Source of the DNA: an uncultured bacterium
Lineage (GTDB): Bacteria; Verrucomicrobiota; Verrucomicrobiia; Limisphaerales; UBA8199
Reading direction: 5' to 3'
Length of the DNA: 64,000 bases
NCBI GenBank assembly: GCA_963749495.1
Contig: CAVVMW010000010.1
Span: 1-64,000, forward strand
Shown here: piece by piece, positions 20,802 through 32,844 of the stretch
How the letters are laid out: every line of letters starts with the position of its first letter
How positions within the stretch are numbered: the stretch's first letter is position 1
Translations under genes and position numbers: made by a program
The notes under the pieces: generated by a model
What the model was told of the DNA's origin: nothing
What the model saw: the letters and a program-made list of their open reading frames with translations, nothing else
Databases searched by the model: none

Positions 20802-21843
20802 GATTCCCCTTCACGAAGTAGCTCTTGAAGAGGCGCAGAAGGGGCGTGTCGGGATGGTTTGTCTTATCGGCAGCCTCGGCAGTGCGTTCGATGTTCATCA
20901 CGTCCCACTCCCGAAAAGCCCAATAAGCCCAAGACCATCCGTAGCCCTCGTAGAGGTCCATCTGGTCGCGCAGCCACTCCTCCACGCCCGGGGCATAGCG
21001 AGCGCAGCCAAACTCACCGACAAAGATGGGCACGTGGTGCTTCTGCTGGAAAGCCCGAACCGGCGCGAGTTGGGCCTCCAGTGTCGCCTTGTCCCACGCG
21101 GCCTCCTGCTTGCCAGGGACGCGGAATCCGGGATAGGTGATTTTGTCTCCTGGCTTCTGGTGTGTGTAATAGTGGGGATCATAGAAGTGGACCGTGTAAA
21201 CTGTCCGCGGGTCGCCAGTCGGTTGCAGCACCTCGAATTGTTGCGGATAGGCCCAGCCAATCGAATTGACCAGAATCGGAGTCTGCTGGTCAACCTCACG
21301 GATGGCACGCGTGATGGCCTTGGCCAGCGCATTCCAGTCTCCCAGAGGCTGCTTGGCTTCCTGGTCCGGATGAGGCTCGCACATGAGGTCATAGCCGACG
21401 ATGGAAGCCCGTCCGCGGTAGTGCGCAGCAATCTCGCGCCACATCTTCGCGTAGGCCTCCTGGGCCAGGGCGTCCCTCCAGATTTCATGACTGCGCTCAA
21501 AATCGGGCCGGCCCGGTCCTTCGCGGCAGGTCAATGCAACATAGAGGTGCGCTTGTTCGGCCGCCTCCACGGCCCGATCCAGCTTGGCCAGGTTCTCGGG
21601 CTGGAATGCGTAGGGCGGTGTCGGGGCATATACATTCGAAACAGGAATCTCGGCGAGATTCGCGCCCCAGGCCCGGAGGACGCTCAGGTCCTTGACGGTA
21701 CACTGTGCCTGCATGACGTTTGCACCGCGCAAAGCGCCCTTCTGCCAGAGGCCTAAAGCGTCAGAGGGCCCAGTGGATGCGCCTTGGGTTGCCAAACCGG
21801 CACACCAAACAAAGAGAAGCGCGAGCTTGTTCATGTTCTGCAT
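20785..21843 (-). CDS. Glycoside hydrolase family 5-like protein
   Basis: Signal peptide, GYDLMCEPH (acid/base), VHFYDP, VGEFG (nucleophile), WAYW. The stop codon is supplied by the IS IR. Confidence 0.85.
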   Translation of the reverse strand: MQNMNKLALLFVWCAGLATQGASTGPSDALGLWQKGALRGANVMQAQCTVKDLSVLRAWGANLAEIPVSNVYAPTPPYAFQPENLAKLDRAVEAAEQAHLYVALTCREGPGRPDFERSHEIWRDALAQEAYAKMWREIAAHYRGRASIVGYDLMCEPHPDQEAKQPLGDWNALAKAITRAIREVDQQTPILVNSIGWAYPQQFEVLQPTGDPRTVYTVHFYDPHYYTHQKPGDKITYPGFRVPGKQEAAWDKATLEAQLAPVRAFQQKHHVPIFVGEFGCARYAPGVEEWLRDQMDLYEGYGWSWAYWAFREWDVMNIERTAEAADKTNHPDTPLLRLFKSYFVKGNPELLT

Positions 21844-21889
21844 CCGCGCAACGTGCCGAGGATCAAGGGCCTCTGTCAAGTGTATAACT

Positions 21890-22034
21890 AACGCCTGTCC
21901 CAAAAACCCCGTGAGGTGGGAGACCTTTGTCGCAGCCTTTGTCGAAACCTTTGTCGGATTGGCCTCTTCTCGACAAAGGTTCCGACAAAGGCTGCGACAA
22001 AGGTCCGGAATCAGAGCTTCTGGGACAGGCTCTA
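21890..22034. repeat. MITE-like element with an internal palindrome of 12-bp repeats
   Basis: Ends GCCTGTCCCA / TGGGACAGGCTCTA; interior 3x CCTTTGTCG opposed to 3x CGACAAAGG. Confidence 0.7.
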
Positions 22035-22035
22035 G

Positions 22036-23904
22036 CTATTTCGGGGACACCGCACTTGCGGGTCCAATCCCCTCGCTGGGCTTGGGCTTTGGCTCAGGAG
22101 GTTCCAGAACCAACACCCAATCATGGGCCTGAGCCAATGGCGGCGGGCATTTCCACACCCCGCGGTCGTCGGCCTGGACCAGACCCAGCGGTGTTTTCTC
22201 CCCACTCACCGGATCGAAATACGCCGCCATCTCCCTGGCCTGGGAGCCAAGGCCGCGAACCTCAATGGCCTCATTCTCTGGCACATAGATGATCCGCACC
22301 GAATCGGGAATACCTGCCGCCTGTGGCTGGCGGGAAAGATCGCTGGGCTGGCCGATTCGCCCCCAAGGTCCATCGCCGTGATGGCCAACGATCAAAATCG
22401 CCCACTCCGGGTGCGGTTCAAAGCGATGCCAGGGGAACTGCTGGAGAAATGCCTTGGCAAGCCCAATCTGCCGGGAGCCGGGCAAGTGCATCGCTTCGTT
22501 CCAAGGGATCTGGCCGTAGCTGCCTCCGTGGGGGGATGCCCCATGGGGCTGGCCCGGCCGGTTGCACTGCCAGATGCCGTTGGCGCCGTAGGTGTGGCCC
22601 GCTGCTCCATTCATCATGCACAGCCAGAACATGCGCCGAGTCCATTCCGTTGGCAGCCTGTCGTTCAGCATCTCGTAGCTGGCCTCGCCGTCAATAACCG
22701 GCATGAGGGGCTTGGCGGCATAAGAATCGCGCACGGCCCTCAGCGTGACAGGCACACTCTCGCGTTGACCGTGCGGAGTCTGGAGCATATCGAAGTCCAG
22801 CAGGCCCGGATCATCGGTTGCGTGCCGGGCCGTGTAGCGGTTGATGGCGGTGGGGTGGACTGTCATCAAGCGGTGGAAAGGATCGGTCTCCCGCACGAAC
22901 CTCATGATCTCGGTCCAATCACGAACCTGGTCGCGGTCGTCATAAGGAAATCTCGGGGCAAGATACCACGGCAAATTAGCCTCGCCCGCCACACACCACA
23001 CCACCGGCCAAGCCCCGTAGCGAGCAATGAGATAACGCCAGTGCGCCTTCATCTTCTCCACTCCCATCCATGGCAGGAAGTAACCCCAAGCTCCCACAAT
23101 GCACGGCGTGAAACCCTGCTCAACCAGGTAACCCAGACGATGGTCGGCCGCGTCGAAGTATTCAGGCCGGATGCGGGTGTAATTGGTCTCCCATGGATAC
23201 CCAGCTTCATTGGCGCCCCGTGGATCAAAAGGCGGCATGTCGGGATAGAGCCCCGCCACAATCTGGATGACGTTAAACCCCTTCTCCTTCCGGTCCGCAG
23301 TGAGGACGCGAAACTCCTCCGGCCAGCGCAATCGATGGCAAAGCCCCATCCACCAGGTATCCCCCAACCAGAAGAAAGGGCGGTGATCCAGATGTTCGAG
23401 GTAGCGCCCGTTGGAAGCCACACGCAAGGGGCCGTGCACATAAAGCGGGTTGTTGCCCGCATAAGGACGAACCTCGACCTCGCCGGTGATCCCGTGCAGC
23501 CCTTTGTCCTGCGATTCGGAACAATTACTGCGGAACCGATGGGTGCCCGCCAGCGATGAGGCGTACCGCACCCTCCACACGGCGCCTCCAGCCCAAAAAG
23601 CCGGCACTCGCTGTTCCGATCCGCGGGGGTCGATGAAAATCACATCCAGCGCGACCTGGTTAAATGGGTCCTCATAAACACGGCTGGATTCAAACGTCAC
23701 CTCAACCATCACATTGGCCTCCGTCTTCAGCACTTGATCTTTGGCTCCGGCGACCCTCACCCCCCAAATCAAGAGGAACAAGGCAACGGCGCACCCTGCT
23801 CGCCATCCAACTCTCCTTTGCGCAGACACTGCCGACAGAGAGGCATGAAGGGACTTTCCAGGTCCCGGCAACACCTTTCCGACAACTCTTTCCCACGAAT
23901 TCAT
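22036..23904 (-). CDS. DUF5060/DUF4038 (apiosidase-like) secreted glycoside hydrolase-like protein
   Basis: FWAGGAVWRVRY, PFFWLGDTWW, RYLIARYGA, TVHP, GHTYGANGIWQ, DWVLVL. Start codon uncertain. Confidence 0.8.
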   Translation of the reverse strand: MNSWERVVGKVLPGPGKSLHASLSAVSAQRRVGWRAGCAVALFLLIWGVRVAGAKDQVLKTEANVMVEVTFESSRVYEDPFNQVALDVIFIDPRGSEQRVPAFWAGGAVWRVRYASSLAGTHRFRSNCSESQDKGLHGITGEVEVRPYAGNNPLYVHGPLRVASNGRYLEHLDHRPFFWLGDTWWMGLCHRLRWPEEFRVLTADRKEKGFNVIQIVAGLYPDMPPFDPRGANEAGYPWETNYTRIRPEYFDAADHRLGYLVEQGFTPCIVGAWGYFLPWMGVEKMKAHWRYLIARYGAWPVVWCVAGEANLPWYLAPRFPYDDRDQVRDWTEIMRFVRETDPFHRLMTVHPTAINRYTARHATDDPGLLDFDMLQTPHGQRESVPVTLRAVRDSYAAKPLMPVIDGEASYEMLNDRLPTEWTRRMFWLCMMNGAAGHTYGANGIWQCNRPGQPHGASPHGGSYGQIPWNEAMHLPGSRQIGLAKAFLQQFPWHRFEPHPEWAILIVGHHGDGPWGRIGQPSDLSRQPQAAGIPDSVRIIYVPENEAIEVRGLGSQAREMAAYFDPVSGEKTPLGLVQADDRGVWKCPPPLAQAHDWVLVLEPPEPKPKPSEGIGPASAVSPK

Positions 23905-24083
23905 GAATCCATAATAACCATCCACAGAGAGGAAAACAACAAAACCGTCGTCCTCCTGCGCGGCTTCCACTTGCTCCTTCAAGATCCCAACCCGATCCTC
24001 ATCCGACAATCCAAAGACGTGCTCTACGAGAAGAAGACCAATCCATTGGCGGCCTGGACGTGTTGAAGGAATGGCTGCTGAAA

Positions 24084-26720
24084 TCACTTCAGTCCGTTGG
24101 CCACGAACAAGTCGCACAACAGGCGGGCGGTGAGAAAGACGTAGGTTAGGCCATCGGGTGTGACTTGGAGGCCCGGCTGATTGACAAGGCCGGCCATGTC
24201 CGGCTGGGTGATGGTCAGCACCGGCTGGGCCTCGCGCTGACCGGTGACAGTGTCCACCCGGTGAACTTCGACGGGCCAGACACCGTTGGCGGGGATGACA
24301 AACACGGACCGGTTGTCACTGCACCATCCGACGATGCTCTCCTTGGCGGTCAACCCTGGGACGGGCTTGGGTTCGGACCCGTCGGAGAAACAGACCAGGG
24401 GCGCCTGCTTTTTGTCCACGGCCATAAACTTGTCGCCCTTGGGGGACACATTTATCCGGCCCTCGGTCCCTGTCCCTCGGACCACGCCGGCGGGGGTGAC
24501 CGCGCGGGGTGAGCCGCCCGAAAGCGACTGGACGTACATCCGTGGAGAATCCTGGCCTGCCTCATGGCCTGCGACAAGGATGTGCCGGCCATCCGGAAGC
24601 CAGCCCGCCCCCAAAGGTTCGATCCCCTCCAGGCTCACGTCCGCCGGTTGTCCGACTCCGGTCGGCAGCAGGACCAGCTTCGATGGATTGAAGCGCAACG
24701 CCAGAACCCACTGTCCGTCGGGTGAGATTGCCAGGGGGTGCCCAGGCCCCAGATGGAGAGCCGGCGAGCCGTCGCTCCGGCCGAGATAGGCCTCGTAGCT
24801 GGCTCCAGCCCCGGACCCTTCGTAGTCGAAGAGATAGCGGCTGCCGTCGCGCGAGAGATCCATCAGCGGTCCCTCCGCCGCCATGTAGAGGTTGGTTGAT
24901 TGGCTCCCGTGCCCGAGAGCATAGTCCACCGTGAGGCTAAAGCGATTGAGCAGCACCCGGCCGTCGGCAGCCACATCACTCGGAATGCAGGCGGCAGGCA
25001 GCCCGGTCAACTGCCGTTCCTTTCCCGAAACGCTTAAACCGCGCAACTGCCAGCGGCCAAACCAGTTACTCGACAGCCCGAACCATACTTCGCGCCCGGA
25101 GGGTTCCCAAGCCAGGCCCTCTTCGGCCATCCATTCACCCGAGACGGCATTGGTCCGGCCCGCCAGATCGGTAATGACCACCCAGCCCCGGTTGTCGGTC
25201 GGAGTCTGATGAACCATGAAGGCCACACGGTCGCCCCGTGGGGAGACCCGCGGATAGGAAATATAACCCGGCGTCTGGCAGAGCGGCCTCCCGCCCGGGT
25301 GCAGTTCCAGGCGGCACAAGTTGTCCACCTCCCGCACCACCAGGAGCCTTTCGCCGTCCGGAAACCAGTCCGCTTCGAGAACATCCTCGAGGATCGGGCG
25401 GGGCGTTTCACCCACCTTCATCCGAGCCAGGGTGCCCCGGTTTATCAGCCATCCGAAGCGTTGGTGGTTCATCAGGACCGCCAGTTCGCCCGAACGTGAG
25501 ACGGCCAGCAAGTCGGCGTCCCGCAAGACAAGCGTGGTGTTTGCCCGGCCGCGCTCGGCGGTGTTGAAAATGGCCGGTGGATCATTGCCCCACTTGGCGC
25601 AGTAGAAAATCAATTGACCATCGGGCGCGAAGCGCGCATGAAAAATCGCGCCCCGCCGGTCGGTGGCCTGATTGTAGGAGACAGGCGCAGACTCGACCGG
25701 GCGTCGCAAGAACAGAATCAGCGCCACGCCGAACAGGAGCAGGCCCGCCGCCGCAGTGCCCATCGCCACCCAGGGCTTCGCTCCGAACGGGCGGTTCGCC
25801 GGCGCGCTGACCCCTGCTCCGGCCAGGGTGCTCCCGGTCACCGACTCGATGGCAAAGGCCAGGTCCGTTGCGGATTGAAAGCGGTTGTCCGGTTGTTTCT
25901 CCAGACAGCGGCGCACAATCCGGTCCAGCGTGGGAGGGAGATCCGGCCTCATGGCCGTCATATCGGGCGGCTCCTCGCTTAAAATCGCCGCCATCGTGGC
26001 GATGGATGTGTCCCGCTTAAATGGGCGCCGGCCGCTCAGCATCTCGTACAGCACGCAACCAAAAGCGAAAAGGTCCGCCCGATGGCCCACGTGTTCGCCC
26101 CTGACTTGCTCCGGCGCCATGTAATTGGGCGTGCCCAGAACCCGGCCTGGTTCGGTGGATTCAAGGGCTTGCTCCACTCGTGTCGAAGCATCGGCATCGA
26201 CAGCGGAGGTCTGTGTCTGAGTGGCCGATCTCGGCTCGAATTCACGAAACTTCGCCAAACCGAAATCCAGGATCTTCACCCGGCCGTCTTTGGTGACGAA
26301 AATGTTTTCCGGCTTGAGGTCGCGATGGATGATCCCCTGGCCGTGTGCGGCGGCCAGGCCCTGAGCAATTTGCAGCGCATACTCCGTGGCCTTGCGCGCC
26401 GGCAATGCCCCATTGACCGTGCTGTTGAGCGCCTCGCGCAACGTTTGTCCCTCGAGCAATTCGCTGACCAGATACGGTTGCCCCTCCTGTTGGCCCACGT
26501 CGAACACGGTCAGGATGTTCGGGTGATTGAGCGTCGCGAGAGTCTTGGCCTCTTGTTCGAACCTCCTCAGCCGGTCGGCGTCCGACGCGAACTCCTTCGG
26601 CAGCGTCTTCATCGCCACGTCACGACCCAGCCGAGTGTCTCGTGCGCGGAAGACATCGCCCATACCACCCGAACCGAGGCGGCCGACAATTTCATAGTGT
26701 TCGAACAACTTGCCAATCAT
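24084..26720 (-). CDS. Hanks-type Ser/Thr kinase with TM helix and TolB/WD40-like propeller
   Basis: [25 protein letters not shown]; repeated SPDG/PDG blades. Confidence 0.95.
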   Translation of the reverse strand: MIGKLFEHYEIVGRLGSGGMGDVFRARDTRLGRDVAMKTLPKEFASDADRLRRFEQEAKTLATLNHPNILTVFDVGQQEGQPYLVSELLEGQTLREALNSTVNGALPARKATEYALQIAQGLAAAHGQGIIHRDLKPENIFVTKDGRVKILDFGLAKFREFEPRSATQTQTSAVDADASTRVEQALESTEPGRVLGTPNYMAPEQVRGEHVGHRADLFAFGCVLYEMLSGRRPFKRDTSIATMAAILSEEPPDMTAMRPDLPPTLDRIVRRCLEKQPDNRFQSATDLAFAIESVTGSTLAGAGVSAPANRPFGAKPWVAMGTAAAGLLLFGVALILFLRRPVESAPVSYNQATDRRGAIFHARFAPDGQLIFYCAKWGNDPPAIFNTAERGRANTTLVLRDADLLAVSRSGELAVLMNHQRFGWLINRGTLARMKVGETPRPILEDVLEADWFPDGERLLVVREVDNLCRLELHPGGRPLCQTPGYISYPRVSPRGDRVAFMVHQTPTDNRGWVVITDLAGRTNAVSGEWMAEEGLAWEPSGREVWFGLSSNWFGRWQLRGLSVSGKERQLTGLPAACIPSDVAADGRVLLNRFSLTVDYALGHGSQSTNLYMAAEGPLMDLSRDGSRYLFDYEGSGAGASYEAYLGRSDGSPALHLGPGHPLAISPDGQWVLALRFNPSKLVLLPTGVGQPADVSLEGIEPLGAGWLPDGRHILVAGHEAGQDSPRMYVQSLSGGSPRAVTPAGVVRGTGTEGRINVSPKGDKFMAVDKKQAPLVCFSDGSEPKPVPGLTAKESIVGWCSDNRSVFVIPANGVWPVEVHRVDTVTGQREAQPVLTITQPDMAGLVNQPGLQVTPDGLTYVFLTARLLCDLFVANGLK

Positions 26721-26778
26721 TGACAAAGCCTCCGACCCGCCAGGAGTAACACTTCCATGGGCTGTTCGAATGTGAAGA

Positions 26779-26874
26779 TCATTTTGCGTGTCCCAGTTTC
26801 TTCAGCAGCCCTTGGAAGCGGATCTGATACCGCCGCAAGATGTCGAGGTTGTCGCCGCAGTAAAACGTGCCCAT
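26779..26874 (-). pseudogene. N-terminal remnant of a DNA methyltransferase
   Basis: MGTFYCGDNLDILRRY resembles the (Y)GDNLxxL start of beta-class N4/N6 MTases; stops after about 31 aa. Confidence 0.5.
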
Positions 26875-27008
26875 GTGCGCGAGTGTAGCCGGGGCGCCGC
26901 CAGGAATCAATGACGCGGTGCAGCTTCCCCGATTCCCTCAACGCCTGCTCTGCCTCCCCCAAGCTCAACCACAACGATGTTGGCCAGAGATTGGGACATG
27001 AGTGGGGA

Positions 27009-27110
27009 CGCCCTTACAGGGCTGAAGACGTTCGCGACGGTGCCTGACCTGGGCCTCCGCTCGTCGGACTCGCTCCAGCCCAGGCTCTCACATTGCGGGC
27101 CTTCGGCCCT
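27009..27110. repeat. REP-like multi-hairpin element
   Basis: GCCCT-tac-AGGGC, CCTGGGC...GCCCAGG and GGGCC-ttc-GGCCC hairpins in an intergenic gap. Confidence 0.55.
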
Positions 27111-27150
27111 GGTCCACCGGCGCGCTCACCCTGCCCCTTTTGACCGGGAA

Positions 27151-29073
27151 TCATGGGGCGCCGATGGCCCCGACGTGGCGGCCCAACCAGTAGCCCAGGA
27201 GGAACTCATCGCCAGGGAAGTCCGTAGCGTCGTCGCCTTGGTCGAGAATGAAGGGCTGGGTGTTGATGCGCGCGATGAGACGTTCACCGGGTGGGAGCAG
27301 TTCCTTGAGTTGGCGTCCCATGAAGTTCGGCGGCAGCTTTGTCAGATCCTGCCGATGCGAGTTGGTGACACGCCACGCGATCGTGTCGAGCGGGGCGCCA
27401 CGCAGGGTCCAGACGGAACCGGCCGCGTCAAACTCCCTCACCCCGCAGGCGGCGGCGATGAAGTTCCAGATCGGGTAGCGTTCCGGCTGCTCGATGTCCA
27501 GGTGCTCCCGCACGACCGTAAGGTACTTGGCGCGCAGTTCGCCGGTGAAGGCGAAGCGCACCAGCGGCCAGTAGGTGAAGAAGGCCAGCTCGTCATCGCT
27601 GTGGTTCCACTCGTCGCCCATGTCGTTGCCCTGGTGCACGTAGCCAACCGTGGGCGCGATGAGCCTGAGCGAGCTGAGAATGTTGGTGAGATAACCGTGT
27701 TTGGCAAACAGTTCGAAGGCCTTCTCCCGGTAGCGCGCGTTGCCGGTCATCGCGAAGGCCAGTTGCAGGCTGGCGGTGAGTTCGGCGCTGTTGAGCTGAC
27801 GGTCGTGGATCGTGGGCGGGAACCAGTTCACGTAGTCGGGGTTCCAACGGCCCCAGAGCGTCGGCTTGCCGTCCACGTCCACAAGATACAGGTCATGCGC
27901 GAGGATGTGGTCCACGATGCAGACGTAGTTGGAGGCAAGCCGGGCGCGTTCGGCCGCGTTGAGGGCCACGAGCTCCCACATCACGGCATGGGCAAACGTT
28001 TGCGAGCAGACCTCATCGCTGCTGGTGTGGCCCTTCCACTCCCAGGCAGGGTCGGGCGCGTCGCGCCAGCGGTCGGGATCGGAGAACTTGAAGCCCTTGC
28101 GCTCGAAGGTGCGGGCGGGGAAACCGGTATTGGTGTGGATGCTCTGCAGGCGCTCCAGCGCGGCGAAGGACTCCCAGGCTTGCCGGCGGATTTCCTCCTC
28201 GCGCGTGACAGCGTAACGCGCGGCGAGCGAGCCAATGTAGTAGCTTGTCCAGCCGCCGTCGTTGTCCGTGTCGATCATCTCGCTGGAGGTGATGTCCCCG
28301 GGGACAAGCAGCCGGCGTTCGGCAGTCAAGCCGTAGCGGATGTTCCGCGACCGGATTTTGCGGTGGAACCAGTCGGCCTTTGCGGCGAGCGTGGTCTGGC
28401 GGAACTCGATCTTGTTCAGCCCGGTCCGCGTCAGCAGCCAGACGTTGCCGTCGTGGTCCACAGCGACATCGAGAACGTGGTCGTCACGCAGCCAGCGCTT
28501 GCCCGCGTAATAACGAAAACGCGGCGGCTCGATGCCTGGCGCGGAAGGCATGGCGTAACGGGAGTTGGTTCCGTCGCGCTCAAAGAAGGCTCCGCGAGTC
28601 GTGCCAAACCAGGCCCCGCCCGGCACGGTTGTCCGGGAAGTCAACTCAGGCCAGGGCACGCCCGGCTGAGCTTCTAAGACCGGTTGCCGGCTCAACCATG
28701 CCGGCCCGAGGTTCAAGTTTTCACCGCTATCGGCCCCGTTCGACAGCCAGCCGTCGTCAAACCGATAAGCCAGGTCGCCTTGTGGTGTCAGTGCGATGTC
28801 TTTGGCGATCCTGCCGGCGAGCGGTTGATAGCTCTTGTCCAACGCCAGCGTGTGGTCGAAAACGCGGGCGGCTCCCTTGTCCGTGAGCACATGGATGGTG
28901 TTTTCCTTGTCCACGCAAAGCTTCTTGAAGACAGCGTTGGCCAGCTCCGGGGAGTGTTGGATGGGCACCGCGACGTCCTGCCAGAACGGCGCATCGGGAA
29001 TCGGCCCGGCGAGCAGAGCGGCTGGCAGGAGCCAGAGCGCGATCGAGCCGGACTTGGGCAGCGCAGATTTCAT
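27151..29073 (-). CDS. Secreted protein with propeller-type repeats and an alpha-helical C-terminal domain
   Basis: Signal peptide, WFGTTRGA, DGNVWLLT, DNDGGWT, WKGHTSSDE; typical GC3 codon bias. Confidence 0.75.
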   Translation of the reverse strand: MKSALPKSGSIALWLLPAALLAGPIPDAPFWQDVAVPIQHSPELANAVFKKLCVDKENTIHVLTDKGAARVFDHTLALDKSYQPLAGRIAKDIALTPQGDLAYRFDDGWLSNGADSGENLNLGPAWLSRQPVLEAQPGVPWPELTSRTTVPGGAWFGTTRGAFFERDGTNSRYAMPSAPGIEPPRFRYYAGKRWLRDDHVLDVAVDHDGNVWLLTRTGLNKIEFRQTTLAAKADWFHRKIRSRNIRYGLTAERRLLVPGDITSSEMIDTDNDGGWTSYYIGSLAARYAVTREEEIRRQAWESFAALERLQSIHTNTGFPARTFERKGFKFSDPDRWRDAPDPAWEWKGHTSSDEVCSQTFAHAVMWELVALNAAERARLASNYVCIVDHILAHDLYLVDVDGKPTLWGRWNPDYVNWFPPTIHDRQLNSAELTASLQLAFAMTGNARYREKAFELFAKHGYLTNILSSLRLIAPTVGYVHQGNDMGDEWNHSDDELAFFTYWPLVRFAFTGELRAKYLTVVREHLDIEQPERYPIWNFIAAACGVREFDAAGSVWTLRGAPLDTIAWRVTNSHRQDLTKLPPNFMGRQLKELLPPGERLIARINTQPFILDQGDDATDFPGDEFLLGYWLGRHVGAIGAP

Positions 29074-29801
29074 GGGCAAGAGCATAGCACGACCACCGGG
29101 CTGCTGGAACCACAAAGCTGCCAGGCGGCGGGCTGTCTTACACCCTGCAGCCCCTGATGGTGGTTCCAGCACAGCAGGTCCTCGGCCACCAGGGCTTCGC
29201 GGTGGGTCCGCAGCCCAGTTCCCCGCGCACACTCACCCTCCCTCTAACTTTCCATGAAAGGGGCGTGAGATTGGGAGCGTAGGCGCCGCCAAATCACAGA
29301 GCAGCCGCACATCAGGTTCTCTGGGTGCCACAGCAGTTTTTTCCTGAGCTTGCTTGAGCTATCGACCCAAGCCCCGAAAGCGCACGCTCTCCAGCCCCCC
29401 TGGCGGGATGCCGTGTATGACACGCCACTTGCGCAGCCAATACTGCTTTAAGCGAAACGCGCTTTTTTTGAGGGGGGGTGCCATTTCTGCGGTATTTGGC
29501 TGATTTCGTGGAATATGAGGTAAACGCGGTTTCAGTCTTGCGGGCCACGCTCATGCCTCCAGCGGGGTCCGGTATGCGCACCCCAACGGGATTAGCCGAA
29601 TGCGCGGCCCCGTAGCGAAGCCCTCGTGAGGCAGGCTCGTGCTATTCGGGCGGGCATCAGCCTGAGCCATTGTGCGAGGGCGCGACCCCGGGACGAGACG
29701 CGTCGAAAAGGCTCGTTGTTGACCCCTACCCCACCCCCCTCCTACATCAGGGGAGGAATGGAAAGCGATGAGTGGGAGCTTCCGGGACGAGCATTGCCGG
29801 C

Positions 29802-29863
29802 CAAGTCATTGATTATGGGCCTATGATAGAATGGCGGAGGCGAATGGGAATCGAACCCATCTG
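29802..29863 (-). repeat. Duplicated 3' end of tRNA-Sec plus downstream flank (att-like)
   Basis: CAAGTCATTGATTAT..GCC.AT.ATAGAATGGCGGAGGCG.ATGGGAATCGAACCCA.CTG matches 37611-37672. Confidence 0.85.
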
Positions 29864-29956
29864 AAGAATCATGCCGCCCGCTCGACGATAACACCTTCCG
29901 GAGGCCTGTTTTGTGTTGAAAAGCGCCTGCATTCGAAATAGGCTGAATCCAAGTTT

Positions 29957-30737
29957 ATGCAAACGCCTTCTGTGACCCGCCGAAAGTTTCTTAAGCAGTC
30001 CCTCGTCATTGCCGGCCCGATGGTGGCCGCGACTACCTCCCCGCTTCCTGCCGCCCCTGCCGAAGCGGCAGGAGCCCGACCCCTCAAAGTCTGCTGCATC
30101 GGGGCTCATCCGGATGATCCGGAGTCGGGTTGTGCCGGCACGCTAGCTCGTTACGCCCTGCTCGGGCATCCGGTTACCGTCGTCTATCTGACACGCGGCG
30201 AGCGCGGGATTCGCGACAAATCGTTGGACGAAGCGGCGAGCATCCGTTCCCAGGAGTGCGAAACGGCCTGCGAGGTAATCGGCGCCAAACCGGTCTTCTT
30301 TGGTCAGATCAACGGCGCCACAGAAGCAAACAAAACCCAGGTGGACGCCATGAGCCGACTCCTTGCCGGCCAGGCCCCGGATGTTGTCTTCGCGCATTGG
30401 CCCATTGATACGCACATGGACCACCAGGTAGCTAGCCTCCTGGCGGTTCGCGCTTGCATGGCGCTGCCGCAGGCACCACGCCTCTTCTTCTTTGAAGTCA
30501 ACACTGGCAGCCAGTCCCGGGGATTTCTGCCAAACACGTACGTGGACGTTCTCGGCGGTGCTCGAAAAGAAGAAGGCCGCCTTGCTTGCCCATGTCAGTC
30601 AGGATGGGCTGGGGGTGTGGCGGCAACATCATGAACCCATCGCCATTTGGCGGGGGCGGGAGGCTGGAGTGTCCCGGGCCGAGGCTTTTGTGCATCTGAC
30701 CCGCGACAGCCAGATGAGCAAGCTGCCAGGGATATGA
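29957..30737 (+). CDS. PIG-L/LmbE-family deacetylase with Tat signal (frameshift near 30550)
   Basis: TRRKFL, AHPDDPE, LTRGE, HMDH; C-terminal KKAALLAHVSQ...AEAF in the second frame. Confidence 0.85.
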
Positions 30738-30903
30738 GGTCCACGATCGCCTTCTCCGTCGATCTTCGTCTGCGCGGAGGACACCCCGGCCGACTATTCT
30801 CATGACCAAAACCGGCTTTTGCGATATGTTGCACCTGAGCACTTTGAAAACCGGAGAAACCCCTTGACCCCTCTGCCAGGATTTCCTGTAACCCGCTCTG
30901 ACA

Positions 30904-31547
30904 ATGAAACGGACCATCCAAACGAAACCGGCACTTTATCTACTCCTTGCCTCCCTCCTCTCAGGCAGCCTTTTTGCCCAGGACATCAATCTGCCTGCGC
31001 CCCAAAAGACAGGAGGAATGCCCCTGATGGATGCACTGGCGAAGCGTTCCACCTCCAGGGCTTTTGATTCCAAAGATCTATCCGCCCAGCAACTCTCCAG
31101 CCTGCTTTGGGCAGCGTTCGGCATCAACCGGGCTGACGGCAAACGCACAGCCCCTTCGGCGAACAACAAGCAAGCGACCGACATTTACGTGCTCCTGAAG
31201 AGTGGCGCCTACATTTATGATGCCAAGGCGACCAAATTGGGCCTGCTCCTGGCAGAAGACATCCGCAAGCTTGGAGGAACGCAGGATTTCGTGACAAATG
31301 CGCCCGTGACCCTGGTCTTCGTCGCTGATCTTTCCAAGATGGGCGATGGGAGTGAGCAGTCCAAGAAGAACACCGCCAATGTAAACGTCGGGTATATCTC
31401 CCAGAACGTGTATCTGTTCTGCGCCTCTGAAGGATTGGCGACCGGGGCAAGGGGTTCAGTGGATCGGGCAGCCCTGGGGTCAAGAATGAAACTCCGGCCC
31501 GAGCAGGTGATCATTTTGGCGCAATCGGTGGGTACCCGAAGCTCTGA
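30904..31547 (+). CDS. Nitroreductase (SagB/ThcOx-like) family protein
   Basis: RSTSRAF, LLWAAFG, RTAPSA, QNVYLFC. The natural end VGYPKL* needs one extra G near 31530. Confidence 0.88.
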
Positions 31548-31694
31548 GCGCGTGGCCGGCCTTTTTTTCCTCAGGGAGAATCGGGGATTGACTGGGCCTG
31601 CCGTGGTGTTACAATTCGCGCATGGATTCCAGAGCGTTTCCCTGGAAAGTGCTTGCTTCTCGTGGTAAGGGAATCCGGCAGGGGGCTCATTTTG

Positions 31695-32004
31695 CATTCC
31701 AGCGTGTTCTTCATGGGGAATGCTCCATTCGCTGCTATCGAGACTGGCCCTTTTCCTTCCTGGGGTCCATTTGTGTTCAGTGGAGACTGGAGTGCAACGC
31801 TCTATTATCTTCCCGGTGCCACCGGCTGGAGCGATTTCTTTGCCGGTCGTCCGGCAATGCTGTGGGATCCAACCCCCCATCCTCCAACCGTGCAGAACTG
31901 TCAATTGCGCTTTGACATCACCGGCACAGCGGGTGTCCCCACAGTGGTGGAGGCTGGCACGAACCCGTCTGGTGGCACCTGGGTTTCACTGCAAACGAGC
32001 GCCC
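31695..32004 (+). pseudogene. 3' fragment of a BspA-like surface protein
   Basis: SVFFMGNAP...YYLPGATGW...FAGRPAMLW, homologous to the post-LRR part of 15801-17432. Confidence 0.6.
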
Positions 32005-32844
32005 TCACTTGGGACGCGTGGCCGGCGTCATCCAGCCATTGTGCCAGGTGAGCGTCCAAAGTCGTTCCAGCTTGACCGGCCCGGCATGGCCATCGACAAA
32101 GCCAAGGTTAATGCTGCCCGCCAACCGTGTACCCGAGGGGACATTCCTTGGCGCAGCACTGGCCGCTTTGTAGCCATGCCGGGCTATAGTAACGCGGTCT
32201 ATGCCGCCTGAAGTGTCCGACCCGCTGTATAAATCTCTGGCGGGTGGGTCAGCCTCCTCAGGGGAGCAGTCCACCCAAATCGAGTCCGAGAAGTAGGGCG
32301 TTAGGGAAGGGCTCGTAACATTGGACTCTTTATGATAAACCTGCGGCGCAGGCATTCCGAAGACTTGATCGGCATTCCCGTAGCACCAGGCATTTATGGC
32401 ATAGCTGCCGATATACGTCGTTACATTCCCAACCCAACGCCACGGGTAATCGGCTGTGCCAGCCGCACCAGCAAGCGCCGGCGTCTCATCCTGCGGCGCC
32501 TTCCATAAGCTCACCGGTGTCGGCGGCGGCGTGGCCGGACAACACCGCACACCTTGCTGCCCGTTGTAATTGGTCTGGAGTCTTGCGATCCACAGGTAAT
32601 CACCCGTGTCGTTGTAGCTTATCATCGCGCCGTTCGCATCGTCCACATACATCCTCATGCTCAACAGCATCTGTTTGGAGTTGCTGACGCAGTTGAGGTC
32701 TATCGCCTTTCGCTTGGCGCTGGCCAAGGCGGGCAAGAGCATCGCCGCCAGAATGGCGATGATGGCGATGACCACCAGCAGTTCTATCAGAGTAAACCCG
32801 GCGTGAACGCCCGGCTCGGAGGATGTCATGGGCTTCGGTTTCAT
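32005..32844 (-). CDS. Prepilin-type N-terminal cleavage/methylation, H-X9-DG-like protein
   Basis: [35 protein letters not shown]. Confidence 0.92.
   Translation of the reverse strand: MKPKPMTSSEPGVHAGFTLIELLVVIAIIAILAAMLLPALASAKRKAIDLNCVSNSKQMLLSMRMYVDDANGAMISYNDTGDYLWIARLQTNYNGQQGVRCCPATPPPTPVSLWKAPQDETPALAGAAGTADYPWRWVGNVTTYIGSYAINAWCYGNADQVFGMPAPQVYHKESNVTSPSLTPYFSDSIWVDCSPEEADPPARDLYSGSDTSGGIDRVTIARHGYKAASAAPRNVPSGTRLAGSINLGFVDGHAGPVKLERLWTLTWHNGWMTPATRPK

Noticed and set aside
29555..29640. Possible riboswitch/ncRNA hairpin
   Set aside because: GC-rich pairing only, with no recognisable conserved motif.
29832..29910. Second intact tRNA-Sec
   Set aside because: Only the T-arm and acceptor 3' strand match; there is no anticodon or D arm.
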